A DNA stretch of 64,000 nt from Candidatus Krumholzibacteriia bacterium (GCA_041484665.1 JBGPIA010000003.1:10229-74228), one strand, 5' to 3'; shown: positions 17,616-27,827, counted from the stretch's first letter. The notes: a model not told the origin generated them from the letters alone. Made by a program: numbers and translations.

Positions 17616-17969
17616 ATGGAGATCGAGATCAGCGAGCTCGCCGACGGGGTGGTGTTGGTGCTGCCCAACGACTCCATCGACACCGCCACCAGCGGAGCGC
17701 TGCGCGACTGCCTGACGGCCAAGCTCCAACAGGGGTCGCGCCGCGTGGTGGTGGACCTCTCCCGCGTGCGCTACATCGATAGCTCGGGGCTCTCGAGCCT
17801 GGTGGCGTCCGCCAATGCGTTCGCGGCGGAGAACGGGAGGCTGGTCCTGTGCAGCGCGCCGGCCGGCGTCCTGCGCATCCTGCAGCTGACCAAGCTCGAC
17901 GAGTACTTTCAGTTGGCCGGCGACCGCGGCAGCGCCCTGGAGCAGGCGCAGGTCGAGCCCGCCCGCTAG
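17616..17969 (+). CDS. STAS domain anti-sigma factor antagonist (RsbV-like)
   Basis: AAGGAGG SD; VVVDLSRVRYIDSSGLSSLV with the phosphoacceptor Ser. Confidence 0.92.
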   Translation: MEIEISELADGVVLVLPNDSIDTATSGALRDCLTAKLQQGSRRVVVDLSRVRYIDSSGLSSLVASANAFAAENGRLVLCSAPAGVLRILQLTKLDEYFQLAGDRGSALEQAQVEPAR

Positions 17970-18048
17970 CGGCGCGGCCCCACCGGGCCGCGGTTGTGCA
18001 AACGCCCGGTCTGCTCTACCCTGGCGCGGCCCAACAGCGCACCAGCGG

Positions 18049-18909
18049 GTGAACATGCACGCGGCAACCTCGGAACCCACCGGCATCGGCGTAGCCCTCT
18101 CGGGCGGCATCGCCAAGGTGATCGCCCATATCGGCGTGCTCAAGGCGCTGGAGGAGAACGGCCTGCGCCCGGCCGCCATCGCCGGCACCAGCGGCGGCAG
18201 TCTGATCGCCGTGCTCTACGCCTCCGGCATGACGCTGGACGACCTGGCCGACCTGGCGCGGGAGGTGACCTGGAAGCGTCTGGCCACGCTGCAGGTGCCG
18301 CGTCTCGGCCTACTCTCCAGCAGGCGTATCGAGGATTTCGTGGGGGAGGTGGTGGGGCACAGCCGCCGCCTCGAGGACCTTCAGATCCCGACCTACGTGG
18401 TCACCACCAACCTGCTCACCGGCGACAAGACCGTCTTCCATCGCGGGCGCGTCGCCCCCGTGGTGCGCGCGAGCTGCAGCATTCCGCAGATCTTCAGCCC
18501 CGTGGAGATCGATGGCGGGCTCTACGCCGACGGCGGCATGGTGGAGTCTCTGCCGGTCGAGACCGTACGGAGCGCCAACTGCCCGCTGAACGTGGCGGTG
18601 CATCTGGGCGCCTACCGCGACTTCAGCGATCCGCCCCGCAACTGGGTGGGCATGGTGCTGAGGGTCGTGGGCCTGGTCTCCAGTCGCAACGCCCGTGTGT
18701 CCGCGCGCTACGCCGACGTCGTGCTCAAGCCGGACCTGCGCCGTTTCGGAGGTTTCGACCTGGGACGGGCGCAGGAAATGATGGACGTGGGCTACCAGAC
18801 CGCCATGGTGGAAGTGCCCCGCATCCGCGAGCTGTTGCAGGAGCGCATCAGCTTCTGGGGACGCCTGAAGAGCCAGATCCGCCTCGCGCGCACGGGCGAG
18901 CCGGAGTGA
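18049..18909 (+). CDS. Patatin-like phospholipase (RssA/NTE family)
   Basis: LSGGIAK, HIGVLKALEE, GTSGG nucleophile elbow, ASCSIP, DGG. Confidence 0.92.
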   Translation: MNMHAATSEPTGIGVALSGGIAKVIAHIGVLKALEENGLRPAAIAGTSGGSLIAVLYASGMTLDDLADLAREVTWKRLATLQVPRLGLLSSRRIEDFVGEVVGHSRRLEDLQIPTYVVTTNLLTGDKTVFHRGRVAPVVRASCSIPQIFSPVEIDGGLYADGGMVESLPVETVRSANCPLNVAVHLGAYRDFSDPPRNWVGMVLRVVGLVSSRNARVSARYADVVLKPDLRRFGGFDLGRAQEMMDVGYQTAMVEVPRIRELLQERISFWGRLKSQIRLARTGEPE

Positions 18910-18987
18910 GCCCGCGCCGCGGCGGCGCTCCCCGAGCGCCCAGCGCCGTCGTGGCCCGCTCGGCGCACCACGGGCCGTCGTTGCGCA

Positions 18988-21900
18988 TCAGCGTAGCAGC
19001 GTGACCTTGGCGGTAGCGCGCTCCCCCGCCACTTCCACCACGAGCTGGTAGATTCCGCTCGCCAGCCCAACGCCGTGCCCATCCTGCGCCTGCAGCGGCT
19101 CGCGCCACGGGCCCTGCGCGCCGAGCGCGCGGTGCCACTGCCGCACCCTGCGTCCGCGCGCGTCGAGCAAGGTGAAGGCCGCCTCGCCCGCACCGGCATG
19201 TTCCAGCTCGATCTCCGCCCGCGGATTGAACGGGTTGGGCCGCACGCGCAGCACCAGAGCGGGGCGGGCCGACACGGGCGGCGTGCCGACCGGCGGGGGC
19301 GCCACGCACGCGTAGCACGCGTCCTGGGCGGCCGAGCCGCGGCCGCCCGTCCAGAAGTTCGCGGGCTCGGTGGGCTGGCGGCCCTGCTGCAGATAGAGCC
19401 GGTTGCCCCGCGCCACAATCAGATCGGCGCGCCCGTCGCCGTCCAGATCGGCCACCACCCCGGGCAGATGGGTGAGCGCCGGTTCGAATTGGTGGCCGTC
19501 TGCGGCATCCCACTGCAGCCTGGGGTCGGGCGCGCCGTCGGCGTAACCCAGCATCCGCACGACACTGCCGTAGCGGACCTGGGAGGTCCCCTCCAGCGTC
19601 TCCTCCCACGCCAGTTGCACCGGGAACCAACTCTCGGCGCCCGTCGCCGAGAGCACGTCGGCCACCACCGGCGTTCCCATGGCCACGCGCACGATGCGCG
19701 GCCCTGCCCCGGCGAATGCTGCGGACAAGAGCGGCACCGACAGCCACGGCGTGCTGCCGCCGGCCAAGGTCACGGCCTGCACGCGGGCACCGGTGCGCCC
19801 CTGGGCATCGGTGTACACCAGCGGCACCAGGAGCGCGATGGGCCCGCCCCGAACCAGGCGCGACGGCACCACCCCCGCCAGCGCGCGCACCACGGCGTCG
19901 CCACTCTCTCCCAGGGCGATGGGGAAGCCGGGTTGCAACGCGCCATCAGCACCCAACAGCAGCAGCCACACGCTGCCGTCGGCGCGCTGCTCGGTGAGTG
20001 CCACGCGAGCGCCGGACCCCGGATCGCCCACCAGCACGGGCGCCGAGAGCGTCACACCCGGCGGGCGCAACACCGGCCAGCCCGGCAGCAGGGCCGAGTC
20101 GGCCGCGCGGGCATGGATCTTCCCTTCCTGGGTGGCGATCACCACTTCGCTCACGCCATCGCCGTTGACGTCGCCGACGGCCGCGGGCCCGGCCGCCCCC
20201 GCGCCCAGCACCCAGCGATCCACCTCGGCGCCCGCGGCGTCGAGGATCGCAGCGCCATCGTCGGTGCCGACCACGAGGCGCGTCTGCCCCGCAGCGCTCC
20301 AGAGCGCGGGACCCGTGGTGGGCGTTCCGCTGGCCACTGTGGTCTGGAATTTCAGCACCCCGTCGAGGCCCACACCGTAGACGTCGCCGAACCCGGACCC
20401 GCACACGATGCGGATCCCCTGTCCCAGATCCCCTACCACCGGGGCGGTCAGCGCTCCGGTGCGATCGGAGGCGCTGAAGAACGTGCGGGGGAACGGCGCG
20501 AAGGCGTGGCCGTCCCCGCGGAAGACGTAGATGGTGTGCCCTGAGGCGTCGATGGACACGTTGTTGGGCGCGATGATCTCCGGCAGGCCGTCGCCATCGA
20601 GATCGTAGGTCGCCGGTGCCACCGTCATGGGGGCCGAGAGCTGCAGCGGCCACAGGCGGCCCTGGGCGGCGAGCTGGTCGGTCACCAGCGTTGCCGTGCC
20701 CTTGCCACTGATGCGCTTGACCACCAGCACGTACCAGCCCGCTGCGAGATTCGGCAGCTGCAGCGACTCCGGCGTGCCGGGCGCTGGTGAGCGGGAGGCC
20801 GCCTCCAGCACGACGTCGTCGCCGGTGTCGCGGTAGAGCATCAGGTCGAAGTCCGCCTGCGCGGGCACGCTCAGATCGGCTACCAACGACTGCGCGCCCA
20901 GCACCGGCAGGCGGGCGGACCACACGGCGCTGCCCGTGACCGGCGACTCCAACACGAAGGCCGCGCGGTCGCCCGGCCAGATCACCCGGCGCACGGCGTC
21001 CACAGCGCCGTCGACCTGCAGCAAACCGAAGCCCTCCGCCGGGTCTTGCCCCCCGCGGTCCAGACGCAAGCCCGGCGGCCGCGTCGACTCGTACTCCTGC
21101 GTCTCCACGGCGGTGGCTGCAAGCAGCGCAGTGAGCCAACGCACCTGCGCGGCGTCGGTGCGCCATACGCGCCCACCCTCCGCCAGCGCCTGCGAGATCA
21201 GGCTCACCGCCCCGGCAACGTGCGCAGCCGCGAGCGAGGTGCCGACGCGGCCGCGGTAGGAGTCGTTGGGCTCGTTGTCGCAGGTGACGATGGCACCGCT
21301 GGGATCGATGCTCCCGCCACCGGGCGCGACCAGGTCGGGGACGCGCAGCGCCAGATCGCCCGGGGTGTTGTACGCCGCGAGCCGTCCATCGGGATCGGTG
21401 GCCCCTACCGTGATGGCCTCGGGACAGCGCGCCGGGTACGCAAGCGGGGCGTGCGGGTCATTGCCGATAGGGCAGATCACCGCGATGCCGGCCTGGGTCA
21501 GCGCGCGCACCGCATCGGAAATCGCCAGATCGTCGGGCCAGGTCGCCCCGATCAGGCACGCACGCACGCGGTAGCTCTGCAGGTGCGCCAGCAGCCAGTC
21601 GATCCCCAGCAGCAGGTCGCTCGCCCACACCTCCCAGTGGCCCTCGAAGTTGTAGGTCTTGACGATCACCAGGCGCGCCTGGGGGGCAACTCCCGCCAGG
21701 CGCGGGTCGACGACCCCGCCCCCCGCGGCCACCCCCGCCAGCGCGGTGCCGTGGCGGTGGTAATCGTAGGGGCCCAGCGCGCCGGGCATATCGTCGGAGA
21801 CATCGTGCCAGCCCACCACGCGCAACGCGAGGTTTGCAGGGAAGCCAGCGCCTGCCGCGTCGCGCCAGTCGTCGGGGTCGCCGGCCGCGGCGGGCGGTAG

Positions 21901-22554
21901 GTCGGTGTTGTCGAAGTCGGGGTCGCCCAGGTCGTCGTGGGCCGTGTCGCAGCCGCTGTCGAGGATGGCGATGGAGCTTCCAGGATCTCCACGCAGGTTA
22001 AGAGTCTGCCACACGTAGGGGCGCACGCCCACCAGCGCAGTGGTGCGAATGAGGCACGGCGTCCCGCCCGCGTCGCGGCGCAGCTCGCCCAGCGCCGTCC
22101 AGGCCTGTTCCACGGCGCCCACGCTCTCGGCGGGAGCCTCCAGCACCCACAGGTCGCCAAAGCGCGCCAGCCGCGCCACCAGGGCCGCGCCGGCCGCGCC
22201 GAGGTGGGTCTGCGCCGCCACCGGGTCGTCCGGGCGCAGCACCCAGCGCGCGCGCAGCGACGTGTCGCCGTCGACCGCGCCCATCCAGCCGCCCGGATCC
22301 GCGGTTCCCTCGGGCGTCGCGGGCAACGCGGTGGCGCGGCCGGGGGCGGCGGGCAGCTGGGCCGCGAGCATCACCAACAGGACGACCGCTGGCGCCACGA
22401 ACCGCCGCGCGGGAGGCCTCCGTCCCTGCCACGCGGCCGCTGCACCCGCCGGCAGACAGCACGCGGGATCCTCCGCCGCGGGGGTGGGCGACGGCACGGA
22501 ACGCCGGAGATTCGGTGATGGGGTGGTTGTGGGGCTCACGGCACGCCAGGGCAC
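18988..22554 (-). CDS. Secreted S8 (subtilisin-like) serine peptidase with PPC-like domain, FG-GAP/VCBS repeats and a FlgD/T9SS-type C-terminal domain
   Basis: Triad ILDSG / HGT / GTSLAA; PIGND oxyanion Asn; DLDGDG, DVNGDG, DLDGDG; C-terminal PNPFNP...LASGIY...KVTLLR; start uncertain. Confidence 0.88.
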   Translation of the reverse strand: MPWRAVSPTTTPSPNLRRSVPSPTPAAEDPACCLPAGAAAAWQGRRPPARRFVAPAVVLLVMLAAQLPAAPGRATALPATPEGTADPGGWMGAVDGDTSLRARWVLRPDDPVAAQTHLGAAGAALVARLARFGDLWVLEAPAESVGAVEQAWTALGELRRDAGGTPCLIRTTALVGVRPYVWQTLNLRGDPGSSIAILDSGCDTAHDDLGDPDFDNTDLPPAAAGDPDDWRDAAGAGFPANLALRVVGWHDVSDDMPGALGPYDYHRHGTALAGVAAGGGVVDPRLAGVAPQARLVIVKTYNFEGHWEVWASDLLLGIDWLLAHLQSYRVRACLIGATWPDDLAISDAVRALTQAGIAVICPIGNDPHAPLAYPARCPEAITVGATDPDGRLAAYNTPGDLALRVPDLVAPGGGSIDPSGAIVTCDNEPNDSYRGRVGTSLAAAHVAGAVSLISQALAEGGRVWRTDAAQVRWLTALLAATAVETQEYESTRPPGLRLDRGGQDPAEGFGLLQVDGAVDAVRRVIWPGDRAAFVLESPVTGSAVWSARLPVLGAQSLVADLSVPAQADFDLMLYRDTGDDVVLEAASRSPAPGTPESLQLPNLAAGWYVLVVKRISGKGTATLVTDQLAAQGRLWPLQLSAPMTVAPATYDLDGDGLPEIIAPNNVSIDASGHTIYVFRGDGHAFAPFPRTFFSASDRTGALTAPVVGDLGQGIRIVCGSGFGDVYGVGLDGVLKFQTTVASGTPTTGPALWSAAGQTRLVVGTDDGAAILDAAGAEVDRWVLGAGAAGPAAVGDVNGDGVSEVVIATQEGKIHARAADSALLPGWPVLRPPGVTLSAPVLVGDPGSGARVALTEQRADGSVWLLLLGADGALQPGFPIALGESGDAVVRALAGVVPSRLVRGGPIALLVPLVYTDAQGRTGARVQAVTLAGGSTPWLSVPLLSAAFAGAGPRIVRVAMGTPVVADVLSATGAESWFPVQLAWEETLEGTSQVRYGSVVRMLGYADGAPDPRLQWDAADGHQFEPALTHLPGVVADLDGDGRADLIVARGNRLYLQQGRQPTEPANFWTGGRGSAAQDACYACVAPPPVGTPPVSARPALVLRVRPNPFNPRAEIELEHAGAGEAAFTLLDARGRRVRQWHRALGAQGPWREPLQAQDGHGVGLASGIYQLVVEVAGERATAKVTLLR

Positions 22555-22611
22555 GGGGAGCGGCCTGCGGAAGGGCGCGGCGCGCTCGCGCCCGGCGCGT
22601 GCCGCGTCAGC

Positions 22612-22641
22612 AAGTTAGGGACGGGCGACCCCCGCGGTCAA
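22612..22641 (-). promoter_or_regulatory. Sigma70-type promoter for the S8 gene
   Basis: TTGACC, 18 bp, TAACTT. Confidence 0.5.
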
Positions 22642-22711
22642 CGCGTCGCCGCCCCGACGCGAGCTGCCGCGCCGGCCCGCGTCGGGGCGGGGCTGCGCGC
22701 CCCCCGGCACT

Positions 22712-23137
22712 TCAGCCGTCCAGCCGCACCGCGCGCAGGTGGCTCAAGGCCAGCGCATCGGCCTGCAGATCGATCGTCACCACGTCGAAGCGGACGGTCC
22801 GCCCCGGCCAGCACAGGTCTTGGCGTCGCCTCAGGATACTCCGCGCGCACGCCCGCAGCCGGCGCCGCTTGTCGTGGCCGATGGATCCCGCGGCGCTGCT
22901 CCACGCCCCCGCCGAACGCAGACGCACCTCGACGAACACCAGCGCCGGCCCGTCGCGCGCCACGATATCCACCTCGCCCGCCTCACCGCGCAGGTTGCGC
23001 CCGAGAACCTGCAGCCCGGAAAGCTGCAGGAAGGCGGCGGCGATCTCTTCCCCGAGTGCGCCGCGGCGGGGGGCGATGCCGCCGTGGCGCGGCGCGCGCG
23101 CAGCGGAGCCCGGCGTCCGCAGCGGATCGCTCTGCAT
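22712..23137 (-). CDS. yraN: YraN family (UPF0102) nuclease-fold protein
   Basis: GALGEEIAAAFL, GEVDIVARDG..LVFVEVR, RFDVV. Confidence 0.92.
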   Translation of the reverse strand: MQSDPLRTPGSAARAPRHGGIAPRRGALGEEIAAAFLQLSGLQVLGRNLRGEAGEVDIVARDGPALVFVEVRLRSAGAWSSAAGSIGHDKRRRLRACARSILRRRQDLCWPGRTVRFDVVTIDLQADALALSHLRAVRLDG

Positions 23138-23214
23138 CGTGGGCCTCTCGCGGGAGGCAGCCGATTCGTGGTGGAAGGCGGTACAGAGGCAGCGGAGGCG
23201 ATGGAGCGCAGCGC

Positions 23215-23850
23215 TCAGAGCGCCAGCGGAAGCTGGGCGCAGACGGATCGGACCGGGGCGAAGGACCGGCGGTGCAACGGGCAAGCCCCGGCCCGTGCCA
23301 GCGCCTGCAGGTGGTGTGGCGTGGGGTAGCCCACGTTGGAGGCGAACCCGTAGACGGGATACCTGCGGTGCCAGGCGCGCATGAGACGGTCGCGGGCCAC
23401 CTTGGCCAGGATGCTCGCAGCAGCGATCGCCTGGCTGCGCCCGTCCCCGCGCACGATGGCGATCCCCGGCGCGGGCAGGCCTTCGGGCAGGTAGGGGCCA
23501 TCCACCAGCACGAGATCCGGCGGCACGCGCAAGCGCGCCACGGCGCGACGCATGCCCGAGAGGGTGGCACCCAGCACGTTGCGCGCGTCCACCTCGGATG
23601 CGGCAACTGCGACCGCCGCCCAGCAGACGGCAGCCGCGCGGATGACTCCGAACGCGGTCTCGCGCTGCCTACGGGTGAGGCGCTTGGAGTCGTCGACCCC
23701 GGGCAGCCGCAGTCCTGCCGGCAGGATGACGGCGGCGACGACGACCGGGCCCGCCAGACACCCGCGGCCGACCTCGTCGACGCCAGCCAGCCGGCACGCC
23801 CCACGCCGCGCCGCCACGCGCGCGTCGAAGCGAGCCAGGGCCGCGCTCAA
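23215..23850 (-). CDS. rnhB: Ribonuclease HII
   Basis: [48 protein letters not shown]; TTG start overlaps the rplS stop. Confidence 0.95.
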   Translation of the reverse strand: MSAALARFDARVAARRGACRLAGVDEVGRGCLAGPVVVAAVILPAGLRLPGVDDSKRLTRRQRETAFGVIRAAAVCWAAVAVAASEVDARNVLGATLSGMRRAVARLRVPPDLVLVDGPYLPEGLPAPGIAIVRGDGRSQAIAAASILAKVARDRLMRAWHRRYPVYGFASNVGYPTPHHLQALARAGACPLHRRSFAPVRSVCAQLPLAL

Positions 23851-24290
23851 GCCTTCCCGTCCTCCGCGGCGGGCTCCGGCGGCGCCGCATCGGTGCCGGA
23901 TCCTGTGGCGATCGCGTCCGTCCCGGGCTCTCTGGCGACCGCCTCGGCCCCCTCCTGCTGCTGGATGCGGGCTCCCTTGCCCGAGCGGCCACGCAGGTAG
24001 TTCAGGCGCGCGCGGCGCACTCGCCCGCGGCGCGACACCTCGATGCTCACCACGTTGGGTGAGTGCAGGGGGAACACGCGCTCGACGGCGATCCCGGCGC
24101 TGATCTTGCGCACGGTGAACGACTCCTCGATCTGCCCTCCGCGGCGGTCGATGACCACCCCCTCGAAGAGCTGCGTGCGGGTCTTGTCCCCCTCGCGCAC
24201 GCGCACCGCCACGCGCACGGTGTCGCCGACGTGGAAGTCGGGCACGTCCTTGCGCAGCTGCTGCTGCCGGATCGAATCCATGATGTTCAT
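23847..24290 (-). CDS. rplS: 50S ribosomal protein L19 with acidic C-terminal extension
   Basis: [48 protein letters not shown]. Confidence 0.97.
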   Translation of the reverse strand: MNIMDSIRQQQLRKDVPDFHVGDTVRVAVRVREGDKTRTQLFEGVVIDRRGGQIEESFTVRKISAGIAVERVFPLHSPNVVSIEVSRRGRVRRARLNYLRGRSGKGARIQQQEGAEAVAREPGTDAIATGSGTDAAPPEPAAEDGKA

Positions 24291-24296
24291 GGCTCT

Positions 24297-25007
24297 CTAC
24301 CTCCTGCCTCTCTCTTCGTCGCTGCGCGGCTCCGCCAGCAGATCGGGCCGCCGCGCCTGCGTGCGGGCGCGGCTGCTCGCCTGGCGCCACCGCGCGATCG
24401 CTGCGTGGTCGCCCGACATCAGCGCCTCCGGCACGCGCAGCCCGCGGTACTCCGCAGGCCTGGTGTAGTAGGCCGCATCGAGCAGCCCTTCGCGCCCGGC
24501 GCTGAAGCTATCCGTCTCGGCGGACTCCGCGCTGCCTAGCACGCCGGGCAGCCTGCGGATCACCGCGTCGACCACCACCAGCGCCGCCAGCTCCCCGCCC
24601 GAGAGCACGTAGTCGCCGATGGAGATCTCGTCCGTCACGACGAGCTCGCGAATCCGCTCGTCGATCCCCTTGTACCGCCCGCACACGAGCACCAGTTGCT
24701 CGTGCCGCGCGAGTTCGTCGGCGACGGGCTGGGAGAACACCCGCCCCGCGGGGCTCATCAGGATCACCGGCGCCCCCGGCAGGCGCACCGACTCCACTGC
24801 CTCCACCACGGGCGGCGCCTGCAGGATCATCCCGGCGCCCCCCCCGTAGGGCGCGTCATCGACGGTTCCGTGCCGGTCCACGGCGAAACGGCGCACGTCG
24901 GTGACCACCACCCGCACCCGGCCCGTCTCGACTGCGCGTCCGATCACTCCCGCCCCGAGCACCGCGCGGCACATCTCCGGCATCAGGGTCAGCAGGTCGA
25001 TGCGCAC
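24297..25007 (-). CDS. trmD: tRNA (guanine-37-N1)-methyltransferase
   Basis: [37 protein letters not shown]. Confidence 0.97.
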   Translation of the reverse strand: MRIDLLTLMPEMCRAVLGAGVIGRAVETGRVRVVVTDVRRFAVDRHGTVDDAPYGGGAGMILQAPPVVEAVESVRLPGAPVILMSPAGRVFSQPVADELARHEQLVLVCGRYKGIDERIRELVVTDEISIGDYVLSGGELAALVVVDAVIRRLPGVLGSAESAETDSFSAGREGLLDAAYYTRPAEYRGLRVPEALMSGDHAAIARWRQASSRARTQARRPDLLAEPRSDEERGRR

Positions 25008-25069
25008 GCGGCCTCCCTCCGGCCGTCGTTATCTCCCCGCCGGCAGCTTGCGGCCTTTGCCGCCGGACT

Positions 25070-25606
25070 TCAGATCGGATTGCCGCCGTCGAGCAGCCCC
25101 GGCAGCGGCTCGATCGTCAGCGTGCCTCCCCGCCGATCCAGCGTCCGCAGCACCGGCGGGATCACTGGAATCAGCACCTCGTCCCCTCCGGGCTGCCGCA
25201 CGCTCAGCACCCAGTTCGCCGGCAACAGCAGGACATCGTCGACCACCCCGACCGTCTCGCCGGCCACCGTGCGTACCGTCAGCCCCAGGTACACGAACGG
25301 AAGCGGGTGCGCGGGCTTGGGGAAATCGTCGCGATCGTAGTCCTCCTCGAGGAAGCCCACCTGCTGTCCCACCGCCGCGCGCGCCGCATCCACCGCGTCG
25401 ATGCCGCGCAGTTTCAGCACCAGCGCGCGTCCCTGCCAGCGCCAGTGCTCCAGGCCGGCCGGTCCGACGCTGTCGCCCGGGCCACGGCGCCAGAGGAACC
25501 GCGAATCGAGCACCTCCTCGACCAGGTCGGCCAGGGGCGCCGCCTTGAGCTCTCCCCGCAGGCCCACCGGGCGTGTCAGTTCTGCCATGGCGATGAACAC
25601 GGCCAA
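25070..25606 (-). CDS. rimM: 16S rRNA processing protein RimM
   Basis: GLRGELK, PRC-barrel region ending EVLIP..I.PLPGLL; located between khpA and trmD. Confidence 0.9.
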   Translation of the reverse strand: MAVFIAMAELTRPVGLRGELKAAPLADLVEEVLDSRFLWRRGPGDSVGPAGLEHWRWQGRALVLKLRGIDAVDAARAAVGQQVGFLEEDYDRDDFPKPAHPLPFVYLGLTVRTVAGETVGVVDDVLLLPANWVLSVRQPGGDEVLIPVIPPVLRTLDRRGGTLTIEPLPGLLDGGNPI

Positions 25607-25630
25607 GTCCCCGCCGCCCGGTCGCGGGCC

Positions 25631-25861
25631 TCAGTCCAGGATCTCGATCTCCACGCGCAAACCGCGCCGCAGTGCGATCCCCGAGACAAGCGTGCGCAAC
25701 GCGTCCACGGTCGCCCCGGCCTTCCCGATCACGTGCCCCCGGTCGTCGGGATGCATGCGGAGCTGGTAGACCACGCGCCGACCCGTCTCGCGCTCCTCCA
25801 CCTCGACGTCCTCGGGATGGTCCACGATCCCGCGCACGATGGTGCCGATCAGCCCCTTCAC
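25631..25861 (-). CDS. khpA: KH-domain RNA-binding protein (KhpA/YlqC)
   Basis: IVDHPEDV, D.GHVIGKAG.T..ALR; follows rpsP. Confidence 0.92.
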   Translation of the reverse strand: MKGLIGTIVRGIVDHPEDVEVEERETGRRVVYQLRMHPDDRGHVIGKAGATVDALRTLVSGIALRRGLRVEIEILD

Positions 25862-26340
25862 GCGCTCGCGCCCGCGTCCGGCGCCGCGGGAGCCTCGTCC
25901 GCGGGGGGAGCGGCCTCCGCCTGCGCCTTCTTGCGCGCCGCGGCAGCGGCGGCCGCGACGGCCCGAGCCTTCTCATCGGCCTTGCGCCGCTTCTCCACGC
26001 GCACCACCTCGAACTTCTTGCGGCGTGCCGAGCGGAAGGCCTCGACCTGGCCGTCGATCTCCTCGGTGGGCACGCCCTGCTTCTCGAGGTGCCAGCGCAG
26101 GAGCACGCCCTCGTTGCGCAGCAGGCTGCGCGCCGTGTCGCTGAGGCCGGCGCCGAGCTTCAGCCACGCAATGGTCCCACCCGCGTCGATCTTACACTCG
26201 TACGGATCGGCGAATGGGTTGTAATAGCCCAGCTGCTCGGTAGCCGCCCCGTCACGGCGGTTGCGGGAATCGACCACGATCAGGCGGTAGAACGGTCGCT
26301 TCTTCTTGCCCAGGCGCGTCAGACGGATCGTCGTTGCCAT
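25858..26340 (-). CDS. rpsP: 30S ribosomal protein S16 with long C-terminal extension
   Basis: IRLTRLGKKKRPFYRLIVVDSR, LGYYNP, WLKLGAGLSDT. Confidence 0.97.
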   Translation of the reverse strand: MATTIRLTRLGKKKRPFYRLIVVDSRNRRDGAATEQLGYYNPFADPYECKIDAGGTIAWLKLGAGLSDTARSLLRNEGVLLRWHLEKQGVPTEEIDGQVEAFRSARRKKFEVVRVEKRRKADEKARAVAAAAAAARKKAQAEAAPPADEAPAAPDAGASA

Positions 26341-26392
26341 CGCTTTCCTCCGTTACGGTTCGAGCGGCGGACCCGCGCTCTCCAGCACGATC

Positions 26393-27742
26393 CTACATGC
26401 CGGCGAGGAAGCCCTTGCCGAGGCGGTCGATCGACCCTGCTTTCTTCAGGGCCCTCATCATCTTCTTCATGTCGCGGTACTGCTTCAGTACACGGTTCAC
26501 GTCCGCGACGTCCGTGCCGCTCCCGCGCGCGATGCGCTTGCGCCGGCTGCCGTTGAGGATCTCCGGGCGGCGGCGCTCATCCTTGGTCATGGAGCGGATG
26601 ATGGCCGTCACGCGATCGAGCTGCCGCTCGTCGATGGCGGCTCCTTTGAGCGCCTTGGCGTTCATGCCGGGCAACAGCCCCAGCACCTGCTTGAGTGGCC
26701 CCATCTTGCGCACCTGTTGGAGCTGCTCAAGCATGTCCTCGAAGGTGAACTCGGCGCGGCGCAGCTTGCGCTCGAGCTTCTGCGCCTGCTCCTCGTCGAT
26801 TCCCTCCTGGGCCTTTTCGATCAGGGACATCATGTCGCCCATGCCCAGGATGCGCCCGGCCATCCGGTCGGGATGGAAGGCGTCCAGGTCGGCGATCTTC
26901 TCGCCCACGCCCACCAGCTTGATGGGCTTGCCCGTCACCTGCACCAGCGACAGTGCCGCTCCCCCGCGCGCGTCGCCGTCGAGCTTGGTTAGCACCGAGC
27001 CCGTGATGCCGATGCGCTGGTCGAAGGTACGCGCGATGGACACGGCTTCCTGGCCGGTCATGGCATCGAGCACCAGCAGCTTCTCCGCCGGCCGCAGCGC
27101 CGTGGTGAGGCGCGCGAGCTCTCCCATCAGCGGCTCGTCGATCTGCAGGCGGCCGGCCGTGTCCACGATCAGCACGTCGCACAGGCGGGCGCGCGCAGCG
27201 GCCAGGGCGTTCTGCGCCACCGCCACCACGTCGCCCTTGCCCGGCTCGGAGCGCTCCGCGTGGCAGGGCACCTGGGCCTGGGCGGCGAGCACCTCGAGCT
27301 GATCGATGGCGGCCGGGCGCTGCAGGTCGCAGGCCACCAGCATCGGGCGCCGGCCCTTGCCCTTGAGCTGCAGGGCGAGCTTGGCGCAGAACGTCGTCTT
27401 GCCGCTGCCCTGCAGCCCCATGACCAGGATGGTCGCCGGAGGCGTGCCACCGAGCGCCAGCGGCTCCAGATGACCGCCCAACAGCTGCACCAGCTCGTCG
27501 TGGACGATCTTGACAACGTGCTGCTGGGGAGTGAGGCTGCGCAACACCTGCGAGTCGGGCGCGAGCGCCCGTTCCTTCACGCGGGCGACGAAGTCGCGAG
27601 CCACCGACACCTCGACGTCGGCCGCCAGCAACGCTCGGCGGATCTCCCGCAGCGCCTGCTCGAGGGACTCTGCACTGAGGCGTCCGCCGCCCTGCATGGC
27701 GCGGAACACCCCCGCAAGGCGCTCCTGCAGCTCCTGGAACAT
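26393..27742 (-). CDS. ffh: Signal recognition particle protein
   Basis: GLQGSGKTT, DLQRPAA, DTAGR, TKLDGDARGG, M domain RRKRIARGSG. Confidence 0.98.
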   Translation of the reverse strand: MFQELQERLAGVFRAMQGGGRLSAESLEQALREIRRALLAADVEVSVARDFVARVKERALAPDSQVLRSLTPQQHVVKIVHDELVQLLGGHLEPLALGGTPPATILVMGLQGSGKTTFCAKLALQLKGKGRRPMLVACDLQRPAAIDQLEVLAAQAQVPCHAERSEPGKGDVVAVAQNALAAARARLCDVLIVDTAGRLQIDEPLMGELARLTTALRPAEKLLVLDAMTGQEAVSIARTFDQRIGITGSVLTKLDGDARGGAALSLVQVTGKPIKLVGVGEKIADLDAFHPDRMAGRILGMGDMMSLIEKAQEGIDEEQAQKLERKLRRAEFTFEDMLEQLQQVRKMGPLKQVLGLLPGMNAKALKGAAIDERQLDRVTAIIRSMTKDERRRPEILNGSRRKRIARGSGTDVADVNRVLKQYRDMKKMMRALKKAGSIDRLGKGFLAGM

Positions 27743-27754
27743 CCATCACCGTCC

Positions 27755-27781
27755 AAAAAAAGGCCCGGGCCGGCCCCGGGC
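27755..27781 (-). terminator. Intrinsic terminator-like hairpin in the ffh leader
   Basis: Minus strand GCCCGGG-GCCGG-CCCGGGC-C-TTTTTTT, ending 12 nt before the ffh ATG. Confidence 0.6.
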
Positions 27782-27798
27782 GCAAACGCCGACCCGGG

Positions 27799-27827
27799 AG
27801 GATAGCAGACGGCTCGCCGTCTCGCAA
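27799..27827 (-). promoter_or_regulatory. Sigma70 promoter upstream of ffh
   Basis: TTGCGA, 17 bp, TATCCT with extended TG. Confidence 0.5.
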
